This document shows positions 37,106 through 51,042 of a DNA stretch of 64,000 nt, piece by piece. The position numbers and the translations under genes were made by a program. The notes under the pieces are model-generated. The model made no database searches. It saw only the letters and a program-made list of their open reading frames with translations, and was not told the DNA's origin. This DNA comes from Octopus vulgaris (taxonomy: Eukaryota). The first letter of the stretch is position 1, and the number at the start of each line of letters is the position of its first letter. The DNA lies in assembly GCA_951406725.2 (NCBI GenBank), contig OX597815.1, forward strand, positions 39,928,001 to 39,992,000. The letters are read 5' to 3'.

Positions 37106-38581
37106 ATATGTTAATAAAATAGAACATATGCATATATATAAACATATATGTACGTACCTACCTCTACATGTACATATACACGCATATATGTGTACAGGAC
37201 ACCAAAAAGACGTCGAACACATAGAGAGACGAAAAACATAGACACAAACCAAGGAACAAGACAAGCAAAAAAAAGAGAGATACAGGACAATAAGCACAAC
37301 GAAAAATCCCCTTCTTCAGTCGCTAAGGTTTCATCTACTAAACGTTTCGAAGGATAAAAGCGAGACGTATACTTCGAAGAAAACTTCCTTCCTGCGAAAA
37401 GCAAATCAATTAAAATTCTGAGATCTTTTCGCAGAGGGGTAAAAAAAAAGCAAGACGGTAACGACAGTACAAACATATAAACAGTAAAAAATATATATAT
37501 AAACAGTGGAAAAATAAATATATAACAGTGAGAGACAGGACAAGGAGAACAAGATAAGAAGGGCTGTTAACGCCAGACGAAAAAAGTATTGCAAACGCTG
37601 GATTATAGTGGACGACGAGAGAGGAAGATGTCGACCAGTAGCCTTAGAAGGCGGGCGAGAAAAGACAGGATAGCAGTTACGACGGAAGTATCGTCGCAGA
37701 TGGACGACGGGAATGGGGGAGGAGGAGCAAGAGGAAGAGAGAGAAGAAGGGGAATGGTGCGAGGAGACCATGAAGAACAGTGAGGGGGAGAGAGAGAGGA
37801 AGAGACAAGTTAAGTGAGGGAAAAAGGCGAAAAAGGGAATGGGAGAGAAAGAAAGAAAGATGCAGAGTCGCGTGAGAGTTAATATCAAGGCTAACTTGAT
37901 AAACAGAACAATCTTACTTAATAGGGTGCGTGCGTTTAGTCGTATAATATGTTAATAAAATAGAACATATGCATATATATAAACATATATGTACGTACCT
38001 ACCTCTACATGTACATATACACGCATATATGTGTACAGGACACCAAAAAGACGTCGAACACATAGAGAGACGAAAAACATAGACACAAACCAAGGAACAA
38101 GACAAGCAAAAAAAAGAGAGATACAGGACAATAAGCACAACGAAAAATCCCCTTCTTCAGTCGCTAAGGTTTCATCTACTAAACGTTTCGAAGGATAAAA
38201 GCGAGACGTATACTTCGAAGAAAACTTCCTTCCTGCGAAAAGCAAATCAATTAAAATTCTGAGATCTTTTCGCAGAGGGGTAAAAAAAAAAGCAAGACGG
38301 TAACGACAGTACAAACATATAAACAGTAAAAAATATATATATAAACAGTGGAAAAATAAATATATAACAGTGAGAGACAGGACAAGGAGAACAAGATAAG
38401 AAGGGCTGTTAACGCCAGACGAAAAAAGTATTGCAAACGCTGGATTATAGTGGACGACGAGAGAGGAAGATGTCGACCAGTAGCCTTAGAAGGCGGGCGA
38501 GAAAAGACAGGATAGCAGTTACGACGGAAGTATCGTCGCAGATGGACGACGGGAATGGGGGAGGAGGAGCAAGAGGAAGAG
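37106..38581 (-). repeat. 841-bp-period partial tandem duplication (PLE 3'-end-like)
   Basis: 37947-38581 repeats 37106-37739 with only one extra A seen; abuts (TA)n; related termini near 14090-14280 and 53690-53800. Confidence 0.9.
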
Positions 38582-38850
38582 TTTTTATTTATTCATTTAT
38601 TTATTTATTTATTGGAACGGTGGATGTCGAAGCACAAAGTTATAAAGAAGAGCGTGTAAATATTGTGTTAAAAACTCATTGGATAGAAAAAGTCGAAGTC
38701 TCATAATCATAGATGTAGGTTGTATCTCACAAAGCTTCAATTTTTTCTCTCCAAACAGGTTTTTTAATGCAATATTTGCACATTATTATTTATAGCTTTA
38801 TCTGCTTCGAAATTCGCTGTTCCAAAAAGAAAAAAACCGAATTATATATA

Positions 38851-38944
<94 letters not shown>

Positions 38945-39069
38945 AAATATAAATTTAGATACATATGAATATATATTTTCTTCTTGAAACATAGGACTTA
39001 TAAGACCGGTTACCAATCTCCATATGTAACCGAGACCACAACAAAACCCATGAACGGAAGCCCAATCCG

Positions 39070-39265
39070 TTTCAGAGTTTAAGGAAAGCAATCTTTGAAG
39101 AGAAGGACAAGTCGATTACATATAGTAGCTCAGTACCTGACTGGTATTTTATTTCAACGACACCGAAGTGATGAACGACACAATTGACCACGCGAGGATT
39201 TGAGCTCAGAACGTAAAGAACCGGTAAAAATGCCGCTAAGCACTTTGTCCCGACGAGCAAACGAT

Positions 39266-39268
<3 letters not shown>
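39070..39268 (-). mobile_element. SINE family A, diverged
   Basis: AAGTCGATTACA..CTGGTATTTTATT..TTGAGCTCAGAACGTAAAG..CCGCTAAGCA..AACGATTCT. Confidence 0.75.
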
Positions 39269-39303
<35 letters not shown>

Positions 39304-39396
39304 TACATATACATATATATATATATATATATGTAAATGTGTATATATACACATACACACATGTATGATATGTATGTATGCATGTATGTATGTAGG

Positions 39397-40995
39397 TTGT
39401 ATAAGCTTTTGACTCTATTAAAAGAGATACACTGTGTACTATCCTTGGAAAGGTCGTGTGCCAACCATTGTTTGTCAAGTATGTTTAAGCAGATGCGCCA
39501 AGATATGAAGGCTCGCATCGTCTTTAACGGAAAGTTGTCTGACGAAGTTCCAATCGAAAATGTAGTAAAGCAAAGCAGTATTCCTGTTCCTACGCTCTTT
39601 TCAATAATATTTGCTGTTCTGCTCATGCATTCCACGACTGTAATGGTAGCGTCCTGTTACAGTTCAGAATTACTGGAAGAGTCTTCAGTTTGAAATGGCT
39701 CAACTTGAAGTTGGAAATATTTGAAACTTTGATCAGAGAACTCCTTTATGACAATGACGATGACGTTGACTTCCTGGCTCACATTACTGATAACATACCA
39801 CACTTTATGGATCGTTTTGCTGCTTCAAGTACGGCCTTTGGTTTTTGATTAAGTCTGAAAAATAACACCAAATAATCTTTATATCTGCACAATGCGAACC
39901 GTATGTCGAACGAGATATCGTACTAAAAGGATTGGGTATGGTTGATACTTTTGTTTATCTAGGCATCATGTTGTCGAGAGATGGTTTCCTAGATGCAGAA
40001 ATACATCCACACATTCAGAAAGCATCTGTAACATTTAGGAAACTTGAAAAGAGAGTCTGAGCAATATCAAGCTGTGCATGTACAAGGCCTGCGTACTAAT
40101 AGCTCTATTGTACTCATCTGAAACATGGACAGTACGCCGTAAGCATCTGAGCTTTTTTTATATCGAAAATGTTTACTCAGCATCAAGTAAAAGGCATGAC
40201 TCAAAAATCTTTACACAAGCGTCCAATCACTCATCGCATCTGCCCCGATGCGTTAGGCAGGCCATTTTGTGCATATGGAAGATAACAGGATTTCAAAGCA
40301 ACAGTTGTACAATAAGCTGTGCACTAGAAAGCGTCCTCAGCACAACCCACACAGAGACAAAGGCTGCATAAAAGGCAACCTGAAGGAACTGTAAATCAAT
40401 GTAAAACACAAGCAAGAACCAGCTAAGTGGAGGAAGCACATAAGGAAAAGCTATAAATTTTTTGAAGAGAGTCGCCTTGAGTACGAACGCCTAAAACGCT
40501 GGCTTTGGAGATGTCCGTCCTCAGAATCTCAATGAGAACATGAAGTACTGCAGGTGTGAAGCCCGTGACCATGAACTTCTAAGGTTGGGTATGTCAAACA
40601 TTTAAAATCCCATGAAAGATCAACTGTATGTAACGTCCTTCCTCCTAAGCCGGGTGATTTGTCGTGTGTAGTATGTGAAAGGGCTTGAAAAAGTTGATTT
40701 CGGGTCCGAAGAAACATATGGTGGTTCACAGAGATCATTTCTCACAAAGTGATCTGATCAATCCGGTGACATAGACTTTTGCCTGTCACTTATGCTGCAA
40801 ACCATACAGATCTGCAGCGAAACGGAATAGTCATCTGAGAGCTCATAGGTGGAAGGCTAGGATCGTCATTTACAACGGGGAAACTCAGAGAGATGGCAAT
40901 CATCTATGAATAACGGAGCAGTCACGATGTATGTATGTATGTATGTATGTATGTATGTATGTATGTATGTATGTATGTATGTATGTATGTATGTA
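39397..40995 (+). mobile_element. Decayed 5'-truncated RTE LINE with C-terminal C2H2-like motifs and (TATG)n tail
   Basis: VKQSSIPVPTLFSI, LIRELLYD.DD, FVYLGI.LS, YKACVLIALLYSSETWT; CxxC..HxxxH remnants at ~40545-40850. Confidence 0.88.
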
Positions 40996-41125
40996 CGCAT
41001 GCATGCATGTATGTATGCATGCATGTATAAATGAATGATTGAATGGATGGGCTTTTCAATGCAAATATACTAAAATGAAATATGCATAACCATCCCCCAA
41101 TCATTCTTGATACATACAGATGTTA

Positions 41126-41558
41126 AGGCGACGAGCCGGCAGAAACGTTAGCACGCCGGGCGAAATGCTTAGCAGTATTTCGTCTGCCGTTACGTTCTGA
41201 GTTCAAATTCCGTCGAGGTCGACTTTGCCTTTCATCCTTTCGGGGACGATAAATTATGTACCAGTTACGCACTAGGGTCGATGTATTCAACTTAATCCGT
41301 TTGTCTGTCCTTGTTTGTCCCCTCTATGTTTAGCCCCTTGTGGGCAATAAAGAAATAAGAAATGTTAGCACGCCGGGCGAAATGCATAGCAGTATTTCGT
41401 CTGTCTTTACGTTCTGATTTCAAATTCCGCCGAGGTCGTCTTTGCCTTTCATCCATTCGCCGTCAATAAATTAAGTACCAGTTGCGTGCTGGGGTCGATT
41501 TTATAGACTGGCCCCCTCCCCCAAAAATTTCGGGCCTTGTGCCTAGAGTAGAAAAGAA
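41126..41558 (+). mobile_element. Dimeric SINE family A
   Basis: Two head+core units joined by linker TTAATCCGTTTGTCTGTCCTTG..TTTAGCCCCTTG. Confidence 0.9.
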
Positions 41559-42126
41559 TATATACAAATGTCGATAGATCAGTTACTGCATAAGAAAACA
41601 CATCTCTTAGGGAATGGGGGAGCTAAAAACACAATAAATATCAGAAAGAGATGAAAATTCGTCGTAGCAGCGGCCAGTGTGAGTGGCAGACGTATTTCAA
41701 CCATTTGGGGTCTATTCAATGGCGTGTATTAAAAGACAGCCACATGCCCGAACTAGAATTTTTTGTCTCAGATATAGGAAGAAAGTGAATAAAACACTCA
41801 CTAACGTTGCAAATAGCCGCCCATCTGGTTAAAAACTCAGTATTCGCATTTGAGTCAGTGGTGCTCTAGCTGGCCGGTGTTGGGATGAATTTTCCCCCTC
41901 CCTCTGATATTTAATGAGTTTTCAACATAGCACGTCCATAAGTGATGTTATCTCAGGACAGATACTGTAGTAACTGGCCTATCGACTGTGTATATACATT
42001 AAGTATGGTACACATATGGCTATTTTAATTAAATACTGCTTCATTTTGTCTACAAGAATAAAAATATATTTCTTAAGTCATTTCAATGTACGCCTTGAAA
42101 TGTTTTTATTCTGTTAGATGTTATAT

Positions 42127-42207
<81 letters not shown>

Positions 42208-42842
42208 CGCTGTTTGTGCGTGCACATGTGTGTGTGTATGTATGTGTACATACACACAAATACCATAAAAATGGACATCCCATAAGTAGATAGGATTGGC
42301 ACAGTTAGAATGCTATCGATAATGGGTAAACTTGAATAGAGCCGACTTCGGGAGCAATAATACACGCACATACACGCAGAAGGACACACACACACACACA
42401 CAGGAAGGAAACACACACACAGAGGAAGGACACACACTCACAAACCTGCGTCTGTGTGTGTGGCCCGTGTGTGTGTGCGTGTGTGTGTGTGCATGTGTAT
42501 GTATGTGCGCATGTGTATGTGTGTGTGCATGCGTATGTGTGCGTGTGCGTGTGTATGTGTGTGGGTATGCGTGTGTGTTTATGTACACATCCATTAAAGT
42601 AAGTGAGGTTTTCTGGAGAGAGGAAAATAGATGTAGAATTTTTTTTTTTCTCTCAGCAGATGTCCATCAGCACAGCAGTCATCCAACCTTTATTCAAGCA
42701 GTCTTGGGACTCAGGTGTATACATAGAGAGTAGAAAACATGAACGGCTTAGTGTAATTTTTAAGAAATTTAAATAAAAAAGAGCGAAGAAAAATTACTCG
42801 AAAAGCCAGTGATATGAATATGGACGAATAATGGTATATAAT

Positions 42843-43034
42843 CCTTTCTACTCTAGGCACAAGGTCTGAAAATTTGGAGGAGGGGTTAAGTCGATTACAT
42901 CGACCACAGTACTCAACAGGTACTTATTTTATCGGCCCCGAAAGGATGAAAGACAAAGTCAACCTCGACGGTATTTGAACTCAGAACGTAAAAACGAACG
43001 AAATGCCGTTAAGGAATTTGCCCGCTATGCTAAC
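42843..43034 (-). mobile_element. SINE family A
   Basis: Reverse complement of the family consensus. Confidence 0.88.
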
Positions 43035-43324
43035 GATTGCCAGCTCGTCACCTTTAATAATGGTATATATTACAAATATATGTAGTTCCTCTGTGTTTTT
43101 GGCCTCTAATATTAGAAAGATAGCCATCTGTTCACAATACATTAGAAGATTAAAAGCTAGAATATGAAATTAAAGAATACGAGGAAAAAGCATTATTTCA
43201 TTATTTTCAAAAATCTTCAGTATGATTTAGCTTGTTATTTATTAATTAGATATATGACAGACATTTCATTTGAATTTTAGATGAAATTAATTTCAGTCTG
43301 GAGGAAATTCATAGACTGACTTTT

Positions 43325-43734
43325 GGATCTTTTCTGTTTGAACGGCAGTTTTTTAAAATAATTTCCACGTAACTAAACACTTTTAAATGTCGTATACTGG
43401 TAGAATGTGTTTATAAAACATCTTTTTCTCTTGGCTTTATTGAGAAAATTCTATAGTTTGTAAGATATTTGTTGTTTTTTTCTTAAATTTTTGCAATTTT
43501 AACCATTCAATGACGTCTATTTGAGGTGAAAACATTCTGTGCCGTATGAATATGTCCCTCGTTTAAGAAACAGATTGAGTTTATTTACATTTCTGAAGAA
43601 AAAAGATACCCTTCCCCCCACCCCTAACCCTAAAACAGATTGAAAGGCAATAGATCGATACTAGGAACATAATTATGGGTGACAATTTCATATGACACCG
43701 CTAGAAAAAACTGCCGTTGAAACCGAAAAGATCC
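43325..43734. mobile_element. MULE-type MITE (~410 bp)
   Basis: ~30-bp TIRs GGATCTTTTC.GTTTGAACGGCAGTTTTTT; TSD TGACTTTT(T); internal CCCTAACCCTAA. Confidence 0.9.
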
Positions 43735-44869
43735 TGACTTTTTTCTTCATATAACGTGGGTAGTTTAAGAATATAGAGAATGAGTGAACGTTTTTGGTGC
43801 TTACATACAAAGTTATAAAGTCTGAAAGTAGCCAAAATTTCAACAACAGTTACAGACAATTTCCCAACCCTTTCTCTATATTATACCATAGAAGATAATT
43901 TAATCGTCTATTGAAAATAATCTTCCTTCCTGTGAGAAGTAAATGAATGCCTGGTAGCATATTGATTCGGAGAATTCATGATTCTTATGATTATCTTCTC
44001 ATTGAGAGTTGGTCGCCACGAGGCATTTGTTTACTTATTTCTCGAAGGGAAAAATTCAATTAATAAATATTTTATCTTCTATAACATTATATACATTTAT
44101 TGCTCATATTCATGCCACTGGCCACTCTAAGCTAGATATCTTAGCCCTTATATGTAAATATGAGTGTCTATACTATTATATATATATATACATACTGTAT
44201 ATACATACATGTGCAAGTATACACACATATATAAATGGCATATATACACGCGCGCACATCCGAACGCACATATTTTCACACGCGCGCGCACATACACAAA
44301 GACATATCTATATATACAGACATACATACATGTACACGTATGCATTTATATATGCTTATAGACGCAAAATATGTAATCATATATGTAAATGGATACATAA
44401 ACTATTGTGCACAAAATACTTTCACATCTGGATACGTACATATATACACTTATACACGGATTCACCCGATTACTTATAGACGAATGCGTACGAAAGACAT
44501 TCATGTCTACCAACATACGCACGTTTATATTGATATACATGCATACACACACACACATGCATACATATATACATACTTGAATGCATGCAGGTATATTTTG
44601 ACGGTGGGTTTGGAGAGCATAGGGAAGAAAAAAAAACATGGAGATGAAACAGAAAAATACGCAAAAAAAAAAATAAAGACGTTTCGAAAATTGCCCAAGG
44701 CCCAGAGGAAATCTATAGAATAAAGTTTAGATATTGTTTAATAATATTAAATATTATTAGCAAGATTAAAGAACTAATGAAGCCGCTAAGTACATGTAAT
44801 ACATGAATAAATATAATAAATGAATAAATTAGTAAATAAATAAGTAAATAAATAAATAAGTATAAATTA

Positions 44870-45077
44870 GGTAAAGGCACAACAATTTGGTGTTGGGTGC
44901 AGAGCTAGCCTGTTACATTGACCCAGTTGTTGGCTCATATATATTTTATCAACCCTGAAACGAAAGGATGAAAGGTGAATTAGACCTCGGCAGTATTTGA
45001 ACTCAGAGCATAAACTGCCAAAACAAATACTGCAGGGTATTTTTCTGTTAACCGCAATTCCACCAGCTCGCCGCCTT
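44870..45077 (-). mobile_element. SINE family A, diverged
   Basis: GAAAGGATGAAAGG..GACCTCGGCAGTATTTGAACTCAGA..CCAGCTCGCCGCC. Confidence 0.8.
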
Positions 45078-45289
45078 TGAATTAATGCATAATTATAATT
45101 ATGGTTTAAAAAATATAAAAGTATATATAAAAAAATAGATGTATAGCTAGACTTAACCGTAGGTTGGAAATGTAAGTACAAATCAAAAGGGAAAGAAAGG
45201 TTAAAATCTGCAATTAGGATTCATAATACAGTCATTTGTCACTCGCAAACTATTATAGCTTGATAATATTTGCCCAGCTTTCGCTATTT

Positions 45290-45520
45290 TTACGCGCCTG
45301 TGTAAATACAGAAATAAAGACCTCGATCCCTTCACACTTATTCGGCAGAACAGACAGACTATGACGGCTGAAGGAGCAAGAGGGCAGAAATAGCTGATTG
45401 GTAGTCATTAGCTGAAAAGAATAAAGCAACGTGAAATGAAGTACCTTGCTTAAGGACACAGAACGCTACCCAGTCCAGGAATTGAACCCACGACCTTTCG
45501 ATTATGACTCAAACATGCGC
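45290..45520 (-). mobile_element. SINE family C, diverged
   Basis: AGCAACGTGAAATGAAGTACCTTGCTTAAGGACACA..GAATTGAACCCACGACC, similar to 14500-14610. Confidence 0.7.
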
Positions 45521-45589
45521 TTTTTATGTACTCAATGTAAGTTAAATAAGTTGAGGTTAAATAGTTGAGTTTTCATAAATGAGTGTCTT

Positions 45590-45935
45590 ATCAATATGTA
45601 GACCACCCTAAATATAGCATGCCTTTATCTAGATCTCTTCTAGATCTATCAACCGTAAAGTTTTGACGTTTTAAGGGCTCATCCTGAACCATATCAACTT
45701 TATTGTTGATATGTGCTCTCTGGGTGACATTGTTGTCGACAGTTACTCCTGCATCTCGGGCATTGTTAAACGGCATGAGAACTTCTTTCGAAGGGAGAAA
45801 ATACGGCTGTTTAAGCAAATCCTCTTTCCCTGAATGAATGAGCCTAATGTTTTGGGTTAAAGTACATAAGTCAGACTGGAGTTTTATCTTGTCTCCTACT
45901 CCGTTGAGAACCTAGAATCCTTCGTGGAAAATTTG
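45590..45935 (-). mobile_element. Decayed CR1-group RT fragment
   Basis: Inverted homolog of ~52023-52345; RDAGVTVDNNV..HIN motif. Confidence 0.7.
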
Positions 45936-46209
45936 ACTTCGAAGTAGGTTTTAAAACTTGGTACCAGAGGGAAAATAAAAGGAAAAAAAATTATGTCCTA
46001 CCGTTACGAAGTTTGTTTGGTCATCGTAGATTCATTATACACAGGTGATAAAAGACTATGACACTGGTAAAGAAATAAAGTTATAATAACTATTAAAATA
46101 TGATACCGATTAGTAAGGTTTGAGAAATATAAAATACATGGGATAGGAAACTAGTTGAAATAAATTGGAAATTGTAAGAATAATCAGTGTAGTAGTTCCT
46201 AATATTGGT

Positions 46210-46642
46210 CTCAGATTTTGGCACAAGGCCAGTAGTTTGAGGGGAGAGAATAAGTCGATTACATCGACCTCAATGTTCAACTGGTACTTATTTTATCGAC
46301 TCCGAAAGATGAAGTCTGCCTCGGCGGAATTTGAACTTAGAACGTAAAGACGGATGAAATGCCGCTAAGCATTTAGCCCGGCATGCTAACGACTCTGCCA
46401 GTTTGTCGCCTTAATAATCCCTAAAATTCTTTTCTACTCTAGGCACATGGCTCGAAATTTTGGGGGAGGAGACCAGTCGATTAGATCGACCCCAGTACGC
46501 AAGTGGTACTTAATTTATCGACTCCGGAAGGATGAAAGGCAAAGTCGACCTCGGCGGAATTTGCACTTAGAACGTAAAGACGGATAAGCTGGTGCTAAGC
46601 ACTTCGCTCAGCGTGCCTACGATTCTACCGGCTCACCGCCTT
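46210..46642 (-). mobile_element. Two tandem SINE family A copies
   Basis: 46210-46412 and 46425-46642; both followed on + by TAATAATCCCTAA, a probable TSD of the second copy. Confidence 0.88.
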
Positions 46643-46924
46643 AATAATCCCTAATTTTACTAGTAAATAAGTGAGAATTTGTCTCGATGGACTTAGGGAA
46701 GAGGTTGTTATAATCAGTAAAGACTCGTTGAGGAATAACCATCTCTAATTAACTTATTCAGAATGCAGGCTGAAATACAAAGCTGGATTGAAGTGGGATG
46801 GTATAAATATACATGTATATCTGTATGTTTGTGTGGGGGGGGGCGATATACTTGCATACACTCATCCACAAATACATACATGTTAAAATATAATAGAATG
46901 ATGTTTCTGTTTTTATCTTAATAA

Positions 46925-47189
46925 AATAATTACTGGATTCAAGACCAAGAGATCCCCACCGAGTATTTTGCAGCGTAAAAGGCAGAAAAAGTTAACAGAC
47001 AACAAATATATGCTGTACAAGACCAAGACTGAAGACTACAACCACATTTTTGCCAGTAGCGAGAGAATTTCTTCCAGATATCTTCTCATGAGGTATGATG
47101 CGGTAGCCAGAACAGTCTGGAACAAGATAACAAAAAAGAAAACATCTATAGACGAAGTGGATTATATTGAGACCGATAGGTCAAAAGAA
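46925..47189 (+). mobile_element. Older R4-like LINE fragment (zinc-knuckle/RHD region)
   Basis: QDQEIPTEY..TEDYNHIFAS..SRYLLMRYDAVAR resembles ~49435-49640. Confidence 0.6.
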
Positions 47190-47400
47190 TACGAGGTCTA
47201 ATCAATAAGGATCCGGACTGTTGCCATAGTAACGAAGCTAAAGCACGCAGAGTTAAGCCGCTTGGCAAAAATTGACCTTGAACTTTGTTGTGCATGCACA
47301 CTAAGTTTTAATGTTCTAGTTTACTTACGCTGTTTACAACAGTGCTTGGAATAAAGAGTAGCGTGTGATCGTCGCATTGACCATGGCTATTGTAAAACAG
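47190..47400 (+). mobile_element. Single end of a mariner-like element
   Basis: TA-CGAGGTCTAATCAATAAGGATCCGGACT resembles a mariner TIR; no partner TIR found. Confidence 0.45.
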
Positions 47401-50215
47401 TACACGAATGATATTCAAAACGTAAACAAAACCGAAATAAGAAAGTACCATCGTGGGTTTTATGCAAACACGCAAAGACTCTATACGTCCCACCAATAGA
47501 AAGTAAAGAAGGAGATAGAAATGATGTTTGGAGTCAGCAAAAGGGGACACGCACCTGAAAACTGATTACTATAAAGCAGGAGCTAAAAGCTGCCAGTGAA
47601 AAACTCCGACATCAGAAGAGAATAAACGAGGGAAGAACAATAAACAAAATATCTAATCGCAACTAGGAAACAGTATACAGAGACTTGAGAGGAGGAGCAA
47701 TAAATATCACGGAAGCTCCTTCACGAGAAGACATAGACTCATTCTGGAGGAAAGTCTGGAATAAAGAGAAGGAATTTAACCAAGATGCTCTGTGGCTGGA
47801 AGAAATCCGAAAAAGTTATTGCTCATGCATTACATACAATATATACAACATTGATGATGAAACTTTTGCAACTGTGATCCAAAATGGAAAAGTACCTGGA
47901 AGTGATTAGATTTTTGAATATTGGTGCAAAAAGCTAACATTCTGCCGATCATATCTTATTAATCTGTGCCAGCAAGCTTTTATTGAGAACAGTAGCATAC
48001 CACACTGGCTAGCTCTGGCAGAGACAAAATTGATCACCAAATGCAGAACCACCCACATGGCAAAAAACTACTGGCCAATTGCATGCCAGAACTTAATGTA
48101 TAAGATATATACAGTATGGACCATTGTAAAGCCAATAACATTATCACAGCAGAACAAGCAGCTATGAAGAAGGGAGTCTGGGGATGTGCCGAGCAATTGC
48201 TAATCAACAAAACTGTGATGTGAGAGGTGCGAGAGCATAGGAGGAACCTAGTTTCAATGTGGCTAGATTACAAGAAAGCCTTTCACTCTGTTCCCCACTC
48301 ATGGATGCTAGAAGCCCTTCAACTTGCTAAAGTTCCAGTGAGAATAGACAAAGCCATAGCTGACCTGACTTCCACCATCTTGAAATTAAACTCAAAGAGT
48401 GACTGTATTATCACTGATAGAATACAATATCGCAGAAGGCATATTCCAAGGAGACAGCCTCTGTGTGATGTTTTTTTATACTTTCTGTAAACCTCTTGTC
48501 ATTCAAGTTAAGGAAGCCTGAAGGATATTTCACTGGTCCACAAGGAAACAGAAACACTGAGATTACACATTGTTTCTTTGTGGATGACTTAAAACTTTAT
48601 ACAAAGAATATGCTTGAGAAAAAAAAGAGCCTTGACCTAGTTACATCATTCTCAAAGGATGTAAGGTTGGAGTTTGGACAGGATAAATGTTGTTATATGG
48701 TTGTGCAAAGGGAGCAAACTATAAACCAGACTTGTAGCATCTCTGTCAATGATTTGACTGTTTCCCCTGTATCTGACGAGGAATGTTACAGGTATCTAGG
48801 GGTGTATGAAAATATATCTTACAGTAGCAAAACTCGTGTCACTAAAGAATATTACAGCCGAATTAAGAAAATATGGACCTCCGAACTCTCTGCATTCAAT
48901 AAAATAGTGGCCCACAATGTTTTGCAGTGCCAGTACTTATACCAACATCTGGGCTGCTTGATTGGATGCTTTATGAGATCCGAAAATTACTAACAAGCAC
49001 ACATAATTTTCACATAAACAGTGATGTAGACCGCCTCTACTTAAAGCGTAAACAAGGTGGCAGAGGCTTAACATCGATCCAAAATGCCTTTGAATGTTGC
49101 ATCATATCCCTTTGGCAACATCTTTTAACCACCAAGCGTCGAAGTATATCCCTTGACCAAGTTTGCATATATGAAGCTGATAACATCATAAGACTTGGTA
49201 GGCAGTTCCTTGAGCAATATTCTTTGTCTGATAACCTAGAAAAAATGCCCAAAGAAGTTACATGACTCTACCACAACATATCATCAGATGAAAGGATGCC
49301 TATATGAACAGAAGACTATGGATGGATATGTTAGTAGAAAGCTCCGTGATGATAGTAACATCGATCATCAAAGCAATTTATCATGGACGAATAGCCGGAT
49401 TATTACCTCCCAATTTGAAGGGTATGTGTTTGTAATCCAGAACAGAAAATATCAACCAAGTACATGATGCACTAAAGCATAGAAATGCAGGAAAAGCCGT
49501 AAAATGTGAAAACCGATGCAGACTTTGTGGAGTTCACACTGAAGATATCACCCACATCATAAGCAATAGTCCGAAAATGTCATCACGGTATCGTCTACCG
49601 ATGAGACATGACGTTGTAGCTAGGACACTCTATAAGGAAATCCGTCGGAAGGGTAATCCCGAGGACAAAGAAATAAAAACCCACAATATGGTAGAAGCCA
49701 TAGTCACTCATAATGAAAAAGAATACTAGTGGAATGTACCAGTGAAGACCTCAATAAAATATTATCACAAAACACCTGATATAATGATTTGGGATAGAGA
49801 AGAGAAACTGTACACAGTTGTAGAAATTAGCTGCCCAGCGGATGTTAACATAAGGCTGAAGGTCAGTGAAAAAGAGAACATCTATGCTGAAGTATTGAGA
49901 AATCTACAGTTACTCTATCCAGATTCTAAGTTTAGGCTTATACCTGTAATTACTGGGGCCCTGAAATATGTAACACACTACCTAAATACCAATCTTGAGA
50001 AATTAGGCTTCTCAAAACCAGAAAGGAGAAAGCTAATTCGAAGGCTACAGATCCAATCCTTCACTGGAACCGTAAAAATCTGTAAAACTTTCCAGAAGTT
50101 TATCATTTAAATATATATGAGCATATCTAGATACGCAACAACTATGCATGAAAATACATACATAAAGCAAAACATGCAAATCTGCACACATACATACATA
50201 CATTCATACATACAT

Positions 50216-50252
<37 letters not shown>

Positions 50253-50270
50253 TACATACATACAGACATA
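47400..50270 (+). mobile_element. Decayed R4/Dong-clade non-LTR retrotransposon (RT, CCHC, RLE)
   Basis: WLDYKKAFHSVPHSW, GIFQGDSL, THCFFVDDLKLY, YRYLGV, DRLYLKRKQGGRGL, CRLCG..HII, RHDVVA, PDIMIWD..VVEISCP..EKENIY; (CATA)n near the 3' end; many frameshifts. Confidence 0.92.
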
Positions 50271-50657
50271 CATTATCTATGAGATTAGTTAAATGTTTGT
50301 AATGTCAGAAACTTTTTACTTTTTACTATCAATAAAACGAGATTGTCTCTGAATGTTAACTGAGGCTAAAGACCTATAGTAAAAACTCTAAATTTAGCTA
50401 TTTCAATTTACATTATTAGAGCCTTTAGCTTTATTTCAGGTTGCAGCTTTAAATATAATTATACAAATTACCCCTGATCATAAATTTACAAAACGTTTTG
50501 TAAAATTGCCGAAAAATCTACTTTAATCTGGAAGTAGACAATTGTTTAACTTCAAAATATGTGACATTAAATACGAAAATAAGACCGTTCTATCTTCATA
50601 GAACTTAAACAACTTTTTTAAAATTTCAAAACAAAAAAGATATTCAGAAATATTCTC

Positions 50658-51042
50658 AAGGCTCTAAATTTTGGGGGAGGGGTCCAGTCGATTAGATCGA
50701 CCCCAGTACGCAACTGGTACTTAATTTATCGACCCCGAAAGGATGAAAGATAAAGTTGACCTCGGCAGAATTTGGATTCAGAACGTAATCACAGACGAAA
50801 TACCTATTTCTATTTCTTTACTACCAACAAGGGGCTAAACACAGAGGAGACACACAAGGACAGACAAACGGATTAAGTCGATTATATCGACCCCAGTGCG
50901 TAACTGGTACTTATTTAATCGACCCCGAAAGGATGAAAGGCAAAGTCGACCTCGGCGGAATTTGAACTCAGAACGTAGCGGCAGACGAAATACTGCTAAG
51001 CATTTCACCCGGCGTGCTAACGATTCTGCCAGCTCGCCGCCT
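50658..51042 (-). mobile_element. Dimeric SINE family A
   Basis: Same dimer and linker as 41126-41558, reverse orientation. Confidence 0.9.
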
